From NCBI GenBank assembly GCA_021737785.1, contig JAIPDI010000046.1:1-42838 (forward strand): 42,838 nucleotides of DNA, given 5' to 3'. Under the pieces are notes generated by a model. It did no database searches. It was given only the letters and a program-made list of their open reading frames with translations, and was not told where the DNA came from. This DNA is from Deltaproteobacteria bacterium (lineage in GTDB: Bacteria; Desulfobacterota; DSM-4660; Desulfatiglandales; Desulfatiglandaceae). This document shows, one piece after another, positions 28,177 through 37,345 of this stretch. The position numbers were made by a program, and so were the translations under genes. Each line of letters begins with the position of its first letter. The stretch's first letter is position 1.

Positions 28177-29298
28177 TCAAATCTTTTCCCCGCACTGGTT
28201 GCAGAATGCAGAACCGGCCAGGTTTTCCGCCTTGCAGTGAGGACAGATCCGAGCGACCGGTTTTTCATCAACCCGATGGCCGCATCTGGGACAGAACTGG
28301 GCATTGGCCGGAAGGTTCTTCCCGCAACTGGCGCACTGATCAATGACCCATTGCTGATGCCCGCAGGAGGGACAGAATCTGGCATCCCTGGTGACCGGCT
28401 GTCCGCAGTCCGGGCAAAGGGCCTGCGCCTTCTGCGGCCCTCCTCCTCCCTGGGGCCTGAGGACATCGGCAAACATGGCCGGCATCATGAACCCCATGCC
28501 CATGCCCAGGCCGGCCCCTGCCTCACCCTGGTTTTCTGCCGCCTTCTCCATGGCCATGGCCGCCTTGAGCTTGACCAGCCGGTCCAGGTCCTGGATGACG
28601 TTCAGCCGTCCCCTGTCGTCAATGGCCTCCTGCACCTCGGGGGGCGGGGTAATGGAGCCGATGTAAAGATGGGTCAGCCCAAGGCCGAAGTGGCTGAAGT
28701 CCTTTTTCAATCTCTGTTGAAGCCCTGTCGAGATCTCTTCGTATTGACCCGGCAGGTTGAGGATACTGTCCAAGTGCTCCCCCAAGTGATCGTTAAAGCG
28801 GGACACAATGACCCGTTTCAGATACTCCTCGATCTCTTCAGTAGTGAATTTCCCCATGGTGCCCACCAGGGTGTTGATGAAGAGAAGGGGTTGAACGACC
28901 TGGATATTGAATACGCCATGGGCCCGAAGGCGGATGAGACCCAGTTCCGAATCCTTGAAAGCCACCGGGTCCCTGGTCCCCCATCTGAGGTTCGGAAAGA
29001 CCTTCATGTTGACGAGATAGGCCTCTGCGCGAAGGGGACTGGTCATGGCCCATGGGATGGCCATGATCTTATTGATGATGGGGATATTTCCGGTTTTCAG
29101 GGTGTGACGGCCCGGGCCGAAGGCGTCGCACGCCTTTCCCTTGTAAAAGAGTACGCCGGCCTGGCTCTCGCGGATAATGAACTGGGCCCCCCATTTGATC
29201 TCCCCGGACCCCTGTTCAGGGATCCTGTGAAGCAGCTCTTTGCCGGTCTCGTCAAACCATTCGATGACTTCCAGAAAAACGACATTATCCGTGCCCAT
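28177..29298 (-). CDS. SPFH/band-7 domain protein with a C-terminal array of four or five CxxC-x(n)-CxxC zinc ribbons (COG4260 / YdjI-like)
   Basis: 373 aa. N-terminal SPFH-like region (NVVFLEVIEWFDETGKELLHRIP...GVLFYKG), Gly/Met-rich linker, then CPDCG..CPSCG..CASCG..CPRCG..CPHC..CNQCG. Confidence 0.8.
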   Translation of the reverse strand: MGTDNVVFLEVIEWFDETGKELLHRIPEQGSGEIKWGAQFIIRESQAGVLFYKGKACDAFGPGRHTLKTGNIPIINKIMAIPWAMTSPLRAEAYLVNMKVFPNLRWGTRDPVAFKDSELGLIRLRAHGVFNIQVVQPLLFINTLVGTMGKFTTEEIEEYLKRVIVSRFNDHLGEHLDSILNLPGQYEEISTGLQQRLKKDFSHFGLGLTHLYIGSITPPPEVQEAIDDRGRLNVIQDLDRLVKLKAAMAMEKAAENQGEAGAGLGMGMGFMMPAMFADVLRPQGGGGPQKAQALCPDCGQPVTRDARFCPSCGHQQWVIDQCASCGKNLPANAQFCPRCGHRVDEKPVARICPHCKAENLAGSAFCNQCGEKI

Positions 29299-29733
29299 TC
29301 ATGCCCTCCCTGTTTTGCTCCTGACAAGCCGCTTCACAAATTCCTGCACTCCGTGGCTGCCAACGGAAGCCGTGCAGGCATCCCACATATCTTGAAAGTG
29401 CCATGTTTTCATAATGTTGCATTGAGACATGCAAGGCATTTTAAGCGGTGCCGGATGAAATTGCAAGGAGAGAATTCCCCTGTCACACGCCCCTCCCATC
29501 TCCTGAATCCCAGGGGGTTCCAGGTGGGCCTGGGCCTGTCCAATAGAGGCTCCCAGGGTTTTCCTGTTTGACACCTTCATCCAGAGGCCTTACTATCTTC
29601 CGATACCAAGTTCAGGGCTGTATAAAGGTATCATTTCATCTCATCAGTCGTGGCTTGATCAACTCAACCGCTCGCAGCTTACCAGCTTGACAGCTCACCA
29701 GCTCCGAACGCCTGCGAATAGAATGGAGAGGAC

Positions 29734-31239
29734 TTGCACCATATGAAACATACAACGGATAACCAACTCATCACCGGCCTCGAAACTATTTTCAATCCGA
29801 AATCGGTCGCCCTTGTGGGGGCGTCCACCACGTTTGGGAAATGGGGTCAGCTCATCGCCTCCAATATTATCGCAGGCGGCTACAAAGGAAAAATATTCCC
29901 CGTAAACCCAGGCTATAAAGAGATGTTCGGCCTTCCGGTCTTCGGGCACATCGGAGATATCCCGGATCCTGTGGACCTGGCCTTTATCATCACGCCCGCG
30001 AAGACCGTGCCGTCGGTCCTGAAGGCATGCGGCGATAAAGGGGTGAAGGGGGTGGTGATCATCACCTCAGGATTCAGCGAAAGCGACCAGGCCGGCAAAG
30101 ACCTTGAAAAAGAGATTGTCAGCATTGGACAGGAAAAGGGGATTTACATCATCGGCCCCAATACCATGGGGATTATCGCCCCCTATGCGGACCTCTTTGC
30201 CACCGGGGCACATTCGCGACCTCGAAAGGGATCGGTGGCCTTTATCTCCCAGTCCGGCAACCTGGGGAATCAGCTCACCCACTGGGCCGATCAGCAGGGG
30301 ATCGGCATCTCTCTCTTTGTGGGATCGGGAAATGAGGCCATGATCACCTGCCCCGACTATCTGGAATACCTGGAGCACGATCCCCGTACCCGGATCATTA
30401 TTCTGTACTTGGAAAGCGTCGGTCACGGCGGCCGTTTCATGGAAGTGGCAACCCGGGTCAATCAAACAAAACCGGTCATCGTGCTCAAGGGCGGCAGGAC
30501 CGAGGCCGGACGAACGGCTGCAGCCTCTCATACGGGCTCCATGAGCGGGGAGAATGCCATATTCAGGGGGGCATGCCGCCAGGCAGGGATACTGGATGCC
30601 CGGGTGCCGTCCGAACTGCTGAACCTCTCCGCGGGATTTTCTTCCCTCCCGCTGCCAAAGGGAAACCGGGTGGGCATCGTCACCCTCGGCGGCGGCTGGG
30701 GGGTCGTCACGGCGGATCAGTGCAACGACAGAGGACTGGTGGTTCCCCCCATACCGAATCATATGGTGGAGGCGATCGGGCAGCATCTCCCGCCCTTCTG
30801 GAGCAAGGGAAATCCGGTGGATCTGGTGGGGACCCGCGATCTGGACGCCCCGATCGTCGCTATGCAGGAACTCGCCAAGTGGGACGGCGTTGACGCGGTC
30901 ATGGTCCTGGGGGTCGTGGGCAGAGACGAATTTGTCCATTCGCTGATTCAGTCCACCCGCGACGCCGATCCTGAAATTTCCCCGGAATTTCTGGATCAGA
31001 TAAAGGCCATGAGCCATCATTATGAGGAGATCCTGGTCTCTAAAATGGTGGAACTTATGGAGACGTATGAAAAACCTGTGATCGGTGTGTCCCTGGCCCG
31101 GACTGACGCCGGGACGGTGCGCCCCGTGCCCGGAAGGAGATATAGCGGCGTTTTCTACCAGACGCCCGAAACCGGGGTCAATGTGCTTGCCCGTATGGTG
31201 GCATACGGGAGGCATTCTCCTGTTGCTGCGCTTCCATAG
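29734..31239 (+). CDS. CoA-binding / acyl-CoA synthetase (NDP-forming) alpha-domain protein
   Basis: 501 aa. CoA-binding Rossmann (KSVALVGASTTFGKWG), ligase-CoA domain (GPNTMGII; FISQSGNLG), phospho-His loop region (AASHTGSMSG). No ATP-grasp beta domain. Confidence 0.8.
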   Translation: MHHMKHTTDNQLITGLETIFNPKSVALVGASTTFGKWGQLIASNIIAGGYKGKIFPVNPGYKEMFGLPVFGHIGDIPDPVDLAFIITPAKTVPSVLKACGDKGVKGVVIITSGFSESDQAGKDLEKEIVSIGQEKGIYIIGPNTMGIIAPYADLFATGAHSRPRKGSVAFISQSGNLGNQLTHWADQQGIGISLFVGSGNEAMITCPDYLEYLEHDPRTRIIILYLESVGHGGRFMEVATRVNQTKPVIVLKGGRTEAGRTAAASHTGSMSGENAIFRGACRQAGILDARVPSELLNLSAGFSSLPLPKGNRVGIVTLGGGWGVVTADQCNDRGLVVPPIPNHMVEAIGQHLPPFWSKGNPVDLVGTRDLDAPIVAMQELAKWDGVDAVMVLGVVGRDEFVHSLIQSTRDADPEISPEFLDQIKAMSHHYEEILVSKMVELMETYEKPVIGVSLARTDAGTVRPVPGRRYSGVFYQTPETGVNVLARMVAYGRHSPVAALP

Positions 31240-31333
31240 GCGCAGACACTATGTAGAAGGATGGGGACGCCTATGATTTTATGTTTTTGAGTCGATCAGC
31301 TCCAAGCGATTCTCTCTTTCAATTTGTTGACCC

Positions 31334-31522
31334 TCATGGATTTGGAATCAATGCCCATGCAAAACAATCGGTCTGCGTTTCGGTAATCAAATCTCCGATA
31401 CGATTCACCATATTCTTACGATCGTAATCGGATCGAAAAATCTTCGCCCGTTCGATCCCCCTGACAATCACATGATGAAGCGCATCCGGTGCATCTATTC
31501 CAGCTTTTCTTGGCATGATCAA
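31334..31522 (-). pseudogene. N-terminal fragment of an IS200/IS605-type Y1 (HUH) transposase / RAYT-like protein, truncated just before the HuH motif
   Basis: 62 aa. MPRKAGIDAPDALHHVIVRGIERAKIF...DCFAWALIPNP-stop. The family continues ...MPNHVHLL. No continuation is found in any frame before the neighbouring gene 94 nt away. Confidence 0.65.
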
Positions 31523-31595
31523 AACCTACAACATCCAGCCACCAAAGAACCGCACAAGACATACCTCATTCCTTGCCTCCGGCGCTGAAGGCCTG

Positions 31596-33053
31596 TCAGG
31601 GCGGCGACACACGCGCTCTTGTCGAAGGGGCTCCCGTTGTGTCGCCTGCCGGCCTGTCCTTTCTTGCAGCCAGGCGGAGCAGGGCCCTGGGGAGCGGTTC
31701 GGTGGGCACACCGAGGATATGGCCGGACTGCTTTGACTGGGTCAGTATCCGGCCATCGCTGTATTTGACGATCTGCTTGAGGTCTTTGGGCCGGATCTGT
31801 CCGGTCCATTTCACCTCCACAGGCCAGAAACGGTTCTGTGCGACATAGGCCAGATCAACTTCGCCCTCAGCCTTGATGTAAAAGGTGGGATAGTACCTCC
31901 GGTAATGGGTGATCACTGTGGCCTCCACGAGCCTCCCCGTCCATTCCGGATCGGAGAGGATGGGCCTGACCTGGTCGCGATAAGGGTCTCGGACCGGGGT
32001 CAGCCAGGATCTCACGGCATGAAAGATAAAAGGATCAGTGAACATGACCTTTCGCGCCTTCTTGGGAGCGGCTGTCAGCTTGTCCTCGATCAGGGCGGGT
32101 TGAACGAAAACACCGTCCATGGCCGCAAGCAATTCCACGTAATCGCTTACCGTCTTGGGATGATCAATGGAAAGGTCCTGGGCAAGGCCGTTCCAGGTGG
32201 TTTGACTTCCGTAGCGTTTCACGATGGCCTGCATGATTTCTCGCAGGTAATGCTCCTGTTTCCCCCTCTTCAGAACATCCCCTCTGATCCAGTCGCTGTA
32301 CGTTGAAAAGGTCGCGGGCAGTATGCTCCCGTGCTTCGCCATATCGTTCATGGCCGTCAGAAATCCGCCATGGACCAGATAATCACCAAATTCCCGGTAT
32401 AGTCTCTCCATGGTCGCCGCGAAAGGAACGCCGACGTGGTTGACCAGGGTGTCCAGTTCATCGGGGGTGAATTGCTTTTTTAGACGAACCGTTTCCAACA
32501 GGTTGAGGGGATAGAGGTGGAAGTCAACCGTTGCCAAATCTCCTCTTCGGCCCGGAAGACGCATCCGCGCTTCCCTGATGATCGCCAGGTCGGAACCGGT
32601 CAAAAACAGCTCCACCCTTTGGAGCATGCCCGCGTCGGCCAGGTATTTGACGCCCTTGTCCCAGTCCCGTATGTAGGTCACCTCGTCCAGGATGAGGTAT
32701 GTCAGATTGTCGGCGGGCATGGCCTCCAGGGTGTCTCCCACCAGCCGCACGAGGGAATGATGGTCATCGATCAGTTCGCCGGTGAAATAGGCGATGCTCT
32801 CGGGGGCCACGCCCTTTTGCATGAGAAGGGCCATCCATTGCTTCATCAGGGTGGTTTTGCCGATCTGACGGCCCCCGCCTAACGTATAGACCCCGGGTGT
32901 GTGGGAGGGGAGTTCATCCAGGAGATACGAGCGGTGAACCAGGTTTTGCTGGTGCAGCTGCTTCAGATGGGGATCCCGTACCTCAAAGGCTTCAGGGTCA
33001 TCGAGGTGCGTATTGTGAGGTGCAAAACGGAGATCCATGGGCGGCTCCTGCAA
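31596..33053 (-). CDS. AAA+ ATPase of the DUF4143 / COG1373 type
   Basis: 485 aa. Walker A GGGRQIGKTT, Walker B YLILDEV, C-terminal DUF4143-like region. Start may be MDLRF (33038). Confidence 0.8.
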   Translation of the reverse strand: MQEPPMDLRFAPHNTHLDDPEAFEVRDPHLKQLHQQNLVHRSYLLDELPSHTPGVYTLGGGRQIGKTTLMKQWMALLMQKGVAPESIAYFTGELIDDHHSLVRLVGDTLEAMPADNLTYLILDEVTYIRDWDKGVKYLADAGMLQRVELFLTGSDLAIIREARMRLPGRRGDLATVDFHLYPLNLLETVRLKKQFTPDELDTLVNHVGVPFAATMERLYREFGDYLVHGGFLTAMNDMAKHGSILPATFSTYSDWIRGDVLKRGKQEHYLREIMQAIVKRYGSQTTWNGLAQDLSIDHPKTVSDYVELLAAMDGVFVQPALIEDKLTAAPKKARKVMFTDPFIFHAVRSWLTPVRDPYRDQVRPILSDPEWTGRLVEATVITHYRRYYPTFYIKAEGEVDLAYVAQNRFWPVEVKWTGQIRPKDLKQIVKYSDGRILTQSKQSGHILGVPTEPLPRALLRLAARKDRPAGDTTGAPSTRARVSPP

Positions 33054-33419
33054 TGAGTGTTTTCATTCATTAGTTAATGACTAAATTTATGCAATGCTCA
33101 TTGTTCACAAAGAACACGGGGTTGTCAAGAAGAAAGGCACATCCACCCACCAATTAAAAAGCATCAAATCATAGGCCCATTGGCCCCAGTCCTTGCTGCC
33201 TGTTTCAGTCAGGTACAGGCTGAGTTGGTTTTCCCCGCGCCCGATTCTGTTTCGCCTTGACATCCAGGCCTACCGGGTCTTTAATTAAAATGAGATCCAT
33301 TCATTCAGGCATTCAGGGCAACCCAACAGCACAACCCGAACCTTCTGGGCAAGTCGATCCCTTGCAAAAAAGGTACTTTCACACATTAAATCATATAGTT
33401 AACCCATATTATTAAAAGT

Positions 33420-33635
33420 TTAACCGGACAGTAGTGACTGAATATCTCTTTCAATTCGTCTCAAAAACCGGTCACTCAGCCCCTTGCGCTTTCTTATCAG
33501 TTCAACCGGTTTCCCCAGCGTTTTCCCCGCCACCTCTGGGACGGAGTTGATTTCGTTGACCCATTCCTGCCAACCGGGTCTCTTACTCTCTTTCAAATCT
33601 CTTATACCCCCAATGACATAAATGGCAAGAATTTA
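33420..33635 (-). pseudogene. Start-less open reading frame (71 codons, ILAIYVIGGIRDLKESKRPGWQEWVNEINSVPEVAGKTLGKPVELIRKRKGLSDRFLRRIERDIQSLLSG*), possibly a gene remnant
   Basis: Translated by hand from the minus strand. Protein-like composition. Bounded upstream by TAA with no ATG/GTG, which is why it is absent from the ORF track. Family unknown. Coordinates approximate. Confidence 0.25.
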
Positions 33636-33661
33636 AAGGGGTAAAGGGGTCTACGCTTGAC

Positions 33662-34606
33662 TCATTTTGCGAGGGCGGCTGTCTGATGCGTTGCGGTGCC
33701 CGTGTCTTTTCCGGCGAGCCCCAGCTTCACAAAGATCCAGGGACTTACGAAGGTAATCCAGAAACCGACGACCAGATAGCGGAAAAAGCGGAAAACGGCG
33801 TCAGGGCCCATGAATAGGACTGCCGTCTTGACTCCCCAATGGATTGCCAGCAAAATGGCCGCGCCCAGCACAAACCGAAATGCCCTCTGGTTCCAGCTCC
33901 CTTCTGCCTCGAAACCGATCCATCGGCGTTCCAATACAATCCCGACCCCGAGACCCATAAGGGTTCCGGCAGGGACGAGGATATATGTTTCCCGGGCGAT
34001 AAAGATCGTCACAAGAAACAGGGGGATGCCCACAGCCGCGCCCAGCTGCCATAAGAGGCCTTTTCCGGACAGCCATTTCTCGATGGGGGGCTCCAGCCGG
34101 AACCACAACAGGAGGAGAATGGCGCCGATGACATACCCGCCCAGAAGGTCTGTGGGAAAATGAACCCCCAAATAGAGCCTTGACAGGGGGACAAACACCA
34201 TCATGACAATGCCGATTGTCCAGACCCAGGGCCTTTGAAACCGGCTCATGAGATAGCCCCATACCACCACGGTCCCTTGCGTATGACCGCTCGGAAACCC
34301 ACCCCCTCCTGCATTCACCATCATTTTCACGGCCCGATCGTACTGAAACGGTCTGGGCTGATGGGCCAGGGATTTTACCACGGCGTTCACATAGATGGAA
34401 AAGAGGAGGAGAATGGCCAGCCTGGCCCCGTAGCCCCGATCGATGCACCAGTAGACAAACGGCAGAATCAAAAGGTAACACCCCTCGTTCCCCATCCACG
34501 TAAAGGCCTTGAACAGGGCATCGGGCACCGGGCCGGACCACTGCTGAAGCCACACAATAACGGCCACACTCCAATCCAACAGACTCTCCATTTCCATCTC
34601 CATCAA
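33662..34606 (-). CDS. PAP2-family membrane phosphatase
   Basis: 314 aa. Polytopic. PAP2 motifs KSLAHQPRP, PSGH and SRLYLGVHFPTD. Confidence 0.8.
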   Translation of the reverse strand: MMEMEMESLLDWSVAVIVWLQQWSGPVPDALFKAFTWMGNEGCYLLILPFVYWCIDRGYGARLAILLLFSIYVNAVVKSLAHQPRPFQYDRAVKMMVNAGGGGFPSGHTQGTVVVWGYLMSRFQRPWVWTIGIVMMVFVPLSRLYLGVHFPTDLLGGYVIGAILLLLWFRLEPPIEKWLSGKGLLWQLGAAVGIPLFLVTIFIARETYILVPAGTLMGLGVGIVLERRWIGFEAEGSWNQRAFRFVLGAAILLAIHWGVKTAVLFMGPDAVFRFFRYLVVGFWITFVSPWIFVKLGLAGKDTGTATHQTAALAK

Positions 34607-34906
34607 TCAGAAAGCACAACGGCTTTTTCCGGTTGGCACTCTCACGGGCGGTGGAATCATACAGGAGACGTCGCAGGGTATCAAGTCGTTAGCACCGGGC
34701 GCTCATATGTCTCACCCATGCATCTTTGTTGAGATGAAAGCGCCGCAGGATTGGCCTTGACTGGCATAGAACATTTGCGTATGGTTCCCTCGCACCAATC
34801 AAATCAACCGGTTGACTTCTCAGATTGCCGGATCGGATCTGGTTCGCCCCTGATGCAGGGGCCGGCATGACAAGAGGGCATCGAACTGTATAGGGAGAAC
34901 CGATTT

Positions 34907-36340
34907 ATGACCAAGACGCCTCACATCATTCACGCCGATCAATTGGCCGCGGTGATCGCGGAGCGTTTCCCGGCCCGGGAAACGGTCACCTGCTACGTCG
35001 GCTCCAATGCCGCAACGCCCACCACCCTGATAGAATCCCTGACCGAATCCATCAGGGCCGGCATTCCCCGGCTGCCATTTATGCGCATGGTCCATCTCCT
35101 GCTCCAGGGCCCCATCCCCTATGTGGAGGAAGGCCTGCAAGACAGGGTGATGGCCTATTCCATTTTTTCAGGGGGAGAGGTGCGCAAAGCGGCCAACCAG
35201 GGCCGTGCCTATTACCTTCCCTGCACGCTCGCCAATCTGGACAGTCTGATCGGGCCCGGGGAAAAATACCAGACAGACGTGGTGTTGATCAAGGTGGCCC
35301 AAAATCCCCACACCGGCGAATACAGCCTGGGGCTTTCCGTGGAGGCGATCCACACCGCCATCGACCACGCCCGTTTGGTGGTGGCCGAACTGGATCCCTC
35401 CATGCCCTTCACCCAGGGCCAGAGCGTGGTGGATGCCAGTTCCATCGACTACCTGGTGGAGGACGGCGTCAAACCGGTTTATGCCTTTGACCCGCCTGAT
35501 TTCAACGATCTTCCCCATGCGGAGCGGCGGATCGGAGAACTCATTGTGAAACATTTTGTCCGCGACGGCGTGACCCTTCAGACCGGTATCGGCAAGATTC
35601 CCGACTCGGTGATCGGGATCATCCGGGACGGCGGTTTCAAGGATCTGGGCGTGCAGACCGAACTGTACGGCGACGGGCTCATGCTCCTTCAGAAGATGGG
35701 GATTATCACCAATCGAAAAAAGAAGGCCAATATGGGTTACAGCACCACCTCCCTGATCATGGGGTCCAGGGAACTCTATGACTTCTGCCACATGCGCACG
35801 GGCGTGCAGATGCGTCCCTGCGCCTATACCAACGGTGCCGAGGTCATCCGCAAAAACGCCCCCTTTATCTCTGTCAACACGGCCATCGGGATCGACCTGT
35901 TCGGCAATGTCTGGGCCGATTTCATCGACCCCCGAAGATATTACAGCGGCGTAGGGGGCCAGCCGGACTTTATCCGGGCCATCAACCGCCGCGAATTCGG
36001 TACGCCGATTATCGCGCTCAAAAGCATCACGAATAAAGGCGAGTCCAAGATCGTGTCCCAGCATCCGGCCGGGATCAGTCTGACCGCATCTTCCTATGAC
36101 GGCGTGGTGGTGGTGACCGAATACGGGATGGCCGACCTCAGGGGATTGACCACCGGCAACAAGGCCGTGGCCATTGCCAGCATCGCCCACCCGCGATTCA
36201 GAGATGCCCTGCTGAAGCAGGTGGTGGACGATCCCTTTTTCACCAAGCCCTTTGATTTCAGGTTGGACCGGCCTCCATACGGGGTGACCCTCTATGCTGG
36301 CAGTGTCCCCGAGCCCAAAATCGGGGAGGATGGGGAGTAG
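34907..36340 (+). CDS. Acetyl-CoA hydrolase/transferase family protein (4-hydroxybutyrate CoA-transferase-like)
   Basis: 477 aa. Two-domain CoA-transferase layout. Blocks QTGIGKIPD and SGVGGQPDF are typical of the family. Confidence 0.85.
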   Translation: MTKTPHIIHADQLAAVIAERFPARETVTCYVGSNAATPTTLIESLTESIRAGIPRLPFMRMVHLLLQGPIPYVEEGLQDRVMAYSIFSGGEVRKAANQGRAYYLPCTLANLDSLIGPGEKYQTDVVLIKVAQNPHTGEYSLGLSVEAIHTAIDHARLVVAELDPSMPFTQGQSVVDASSIDYLVEDGVKPVYAFDPPDFNDLPHAERRIGELIVKHFVRDGVTLQTGIGKIPDSVIGIIRDGGFKDLGVQTELYGDGLMLLQKMGIITNRKKKANMGYSTTSLIMGSRELYDFCHMRTGVQMRPCAYTNGAEVIRKNAPFISVNTAIGIDLFGNVWADFIDPRRYYSGVGGQPDFIRAINRREFGTPIIALKSITNKGESKIVSQHPAGISLTASSYDGVVVVTEYGMADLRGLTTGNKAVAIASIAHPRFRDALLKQVVDDPFFTKPFDFRLDRPPYGVTLYAGSVPEPKIGEDGE

Positions 36341-36426
36341 ATGATGCCCGGAGTGAGCCTCGACCCGCTCTGCGGGCGGAGGCTTTTCGTGATCAGGCTC
36401 CCGGCTAACCGATTCGACAGTGCGTT

Positions 36427-36828
36427 TTACTGACGAGAAGCCATGTATTCAGTTGCTGCTTGAGCCAAGATGCCGGATCGGGTTTCACCATGCTTTTTGG
36501 CAAAATAATCCAATGAAGTCAGCAACCTTTCCGGCATGGTGATATTAATCCTTTTTGACTTGAGGGACAATTTACTCAGATCTACTTCAACGATTGCCCA
36601 TATGCCGCCTTTAAAATCAGGGTTTTCTTTGTGCCTCTCAATATTTGTAGAAACCGGGATGGGTTCCGAGTCAATCAGAATGCCTTCAATGTGACACTCG
36701 GCGGCTTCCTGGGCATTGGCTAAAGCCTCTTCAATTGTTTCCCCTGCGGAAAAACAACCCGGCAAGTCCGGAAACGTAACGCCATAATCCGAATTTTCAT
36801 CTTTGTGGATTACTACCGCGTATTTCAT
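36427..36828 (-). CDS. hicB: Type II TA antitoxin HicB (with C-terminal RHH)
   Basis: 133 aa. MKYAVVIHKDENSDYGVTFPDLPGCFSAGETIEEAL (HicB fold) plus the RHH tail KRINITMPERLLTSLDYFAKKHGETRSGIL. Confidence 0.85.
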   Translation of the reverse strand: MKYAVVIHKDENSDYGVTFPDLPGCFSAGETIEEALANAQEAAECHIEGILIDSEPIPVSTNIERHKENPDFKGGIWAIVEVDLSKLSLKSKRINITMPERLLTSLDYFAKKHGETRSGILAQAATEYMASRQ

Positions 36829-36832
36829 CCTT

Positions 36833-37021
36833 TCACCTCCATTGCCAGCCCGCCTGCCGGTAAATATTTCGAAGAGTGCCGACAGGGAGATCCTTATTTG
36901 GATGAGGAACTGTCACCTTACCTGGTTTTTCAGGATGCTTGAATTGATGATGGTCTCCTTTTTTATGATGGAGAATCCACCCATCCTTCTTCAACCGTTG
37001 TATAATTTCCCCACTTTTCAT
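36833..37021 (-). CDS. hicA: Type II TA toxin HicA
   Basis: Start at MKSGEIIQRLKKDGW. HHKKGDHHQFKHPEKPGKVTVPHPNKDLPVGTLRNIYRQAGW matches the HicA consensus. 4 nt upstream of hicB. Confidence 0.8.
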   Translation of the reverse strand: MKSGEIIQRLKKDGWILHHKKGDHHQFKHPEKPGKVTVPHPNKDLPVGTLRNIYRQAGWQWR

Positions 37022-37139
37022 CATGTGTATTATACACACTATCGGCTTGGTTGTCAATGATACCATGGAGGTCTATTGGCGAACCAGCGGGTCAGCCGCG
37101 GCACAAGGCCCCCGCCGGAATGGATTGGAAAGGGGGCAG

Positions 37140-37210
37140 CTCAAACCGGAGACCTTCAACTTTCTCGGATTCACACACATCTGTGGAAAGACGAGGAAGG
37201 GCGGCGGGGG
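37140..37210 (+). pseudogene. Short relic of a group II intron reverse transcriptase/maturase ORF
   Basis: The peptide LKPETFNFLGFTHICGKTRKGG matches the conserved end-of-RT-domain block (...PEKT...FDFLGF.....). It sits in an otherwise meaningless 86-aa ORF. No intron RNA domains were recognised. Confidence 0.4.
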
Positions 37211-37345
37211 CCCAAAGGCCAAAGCACGAGATCAGGTGAGGCACGATGGGCATATCGCGGCGTCAGGATCTCCAGCTACGTGAGGCAAAAAGGGGTTTGT
37301 CCTGACCGAGCATGGTTTTCCCAAAACCCCGAGTCCCACGTCACA

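Noticed and set aside
28237-29571. 444-aa + strand ORF antisense to the SPFH/zinc-ribbon gene
   Set aside because: The minus frame has coherent SPFH and repeated CxxC ribbons. The + frame is Gly/Pro/His-rich with no motifs, typical of a high-GC shadow.
30067-31215. 382-aa minus-strand ORF antisense to the CoA-binding gene
   Set aside because: Shadow ORF. The + frame has CoA-binding and ligase-CoA motifs.
33801-34619. 272-aa alternative-frame ORF overlapping the PAP2 gene on the same strand
   Set aside because: PAP2 motifs (PSGH, SRLYLGVHFPTD) and TM helices are in the other frame. This one is Arg/Gly-rich.
35168-36190. 340-aa minus ORF antisense to the acetyl-CoA hydrolase/transferase gene
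   Set aside because: Shadow ORF in a GC-rich gene.
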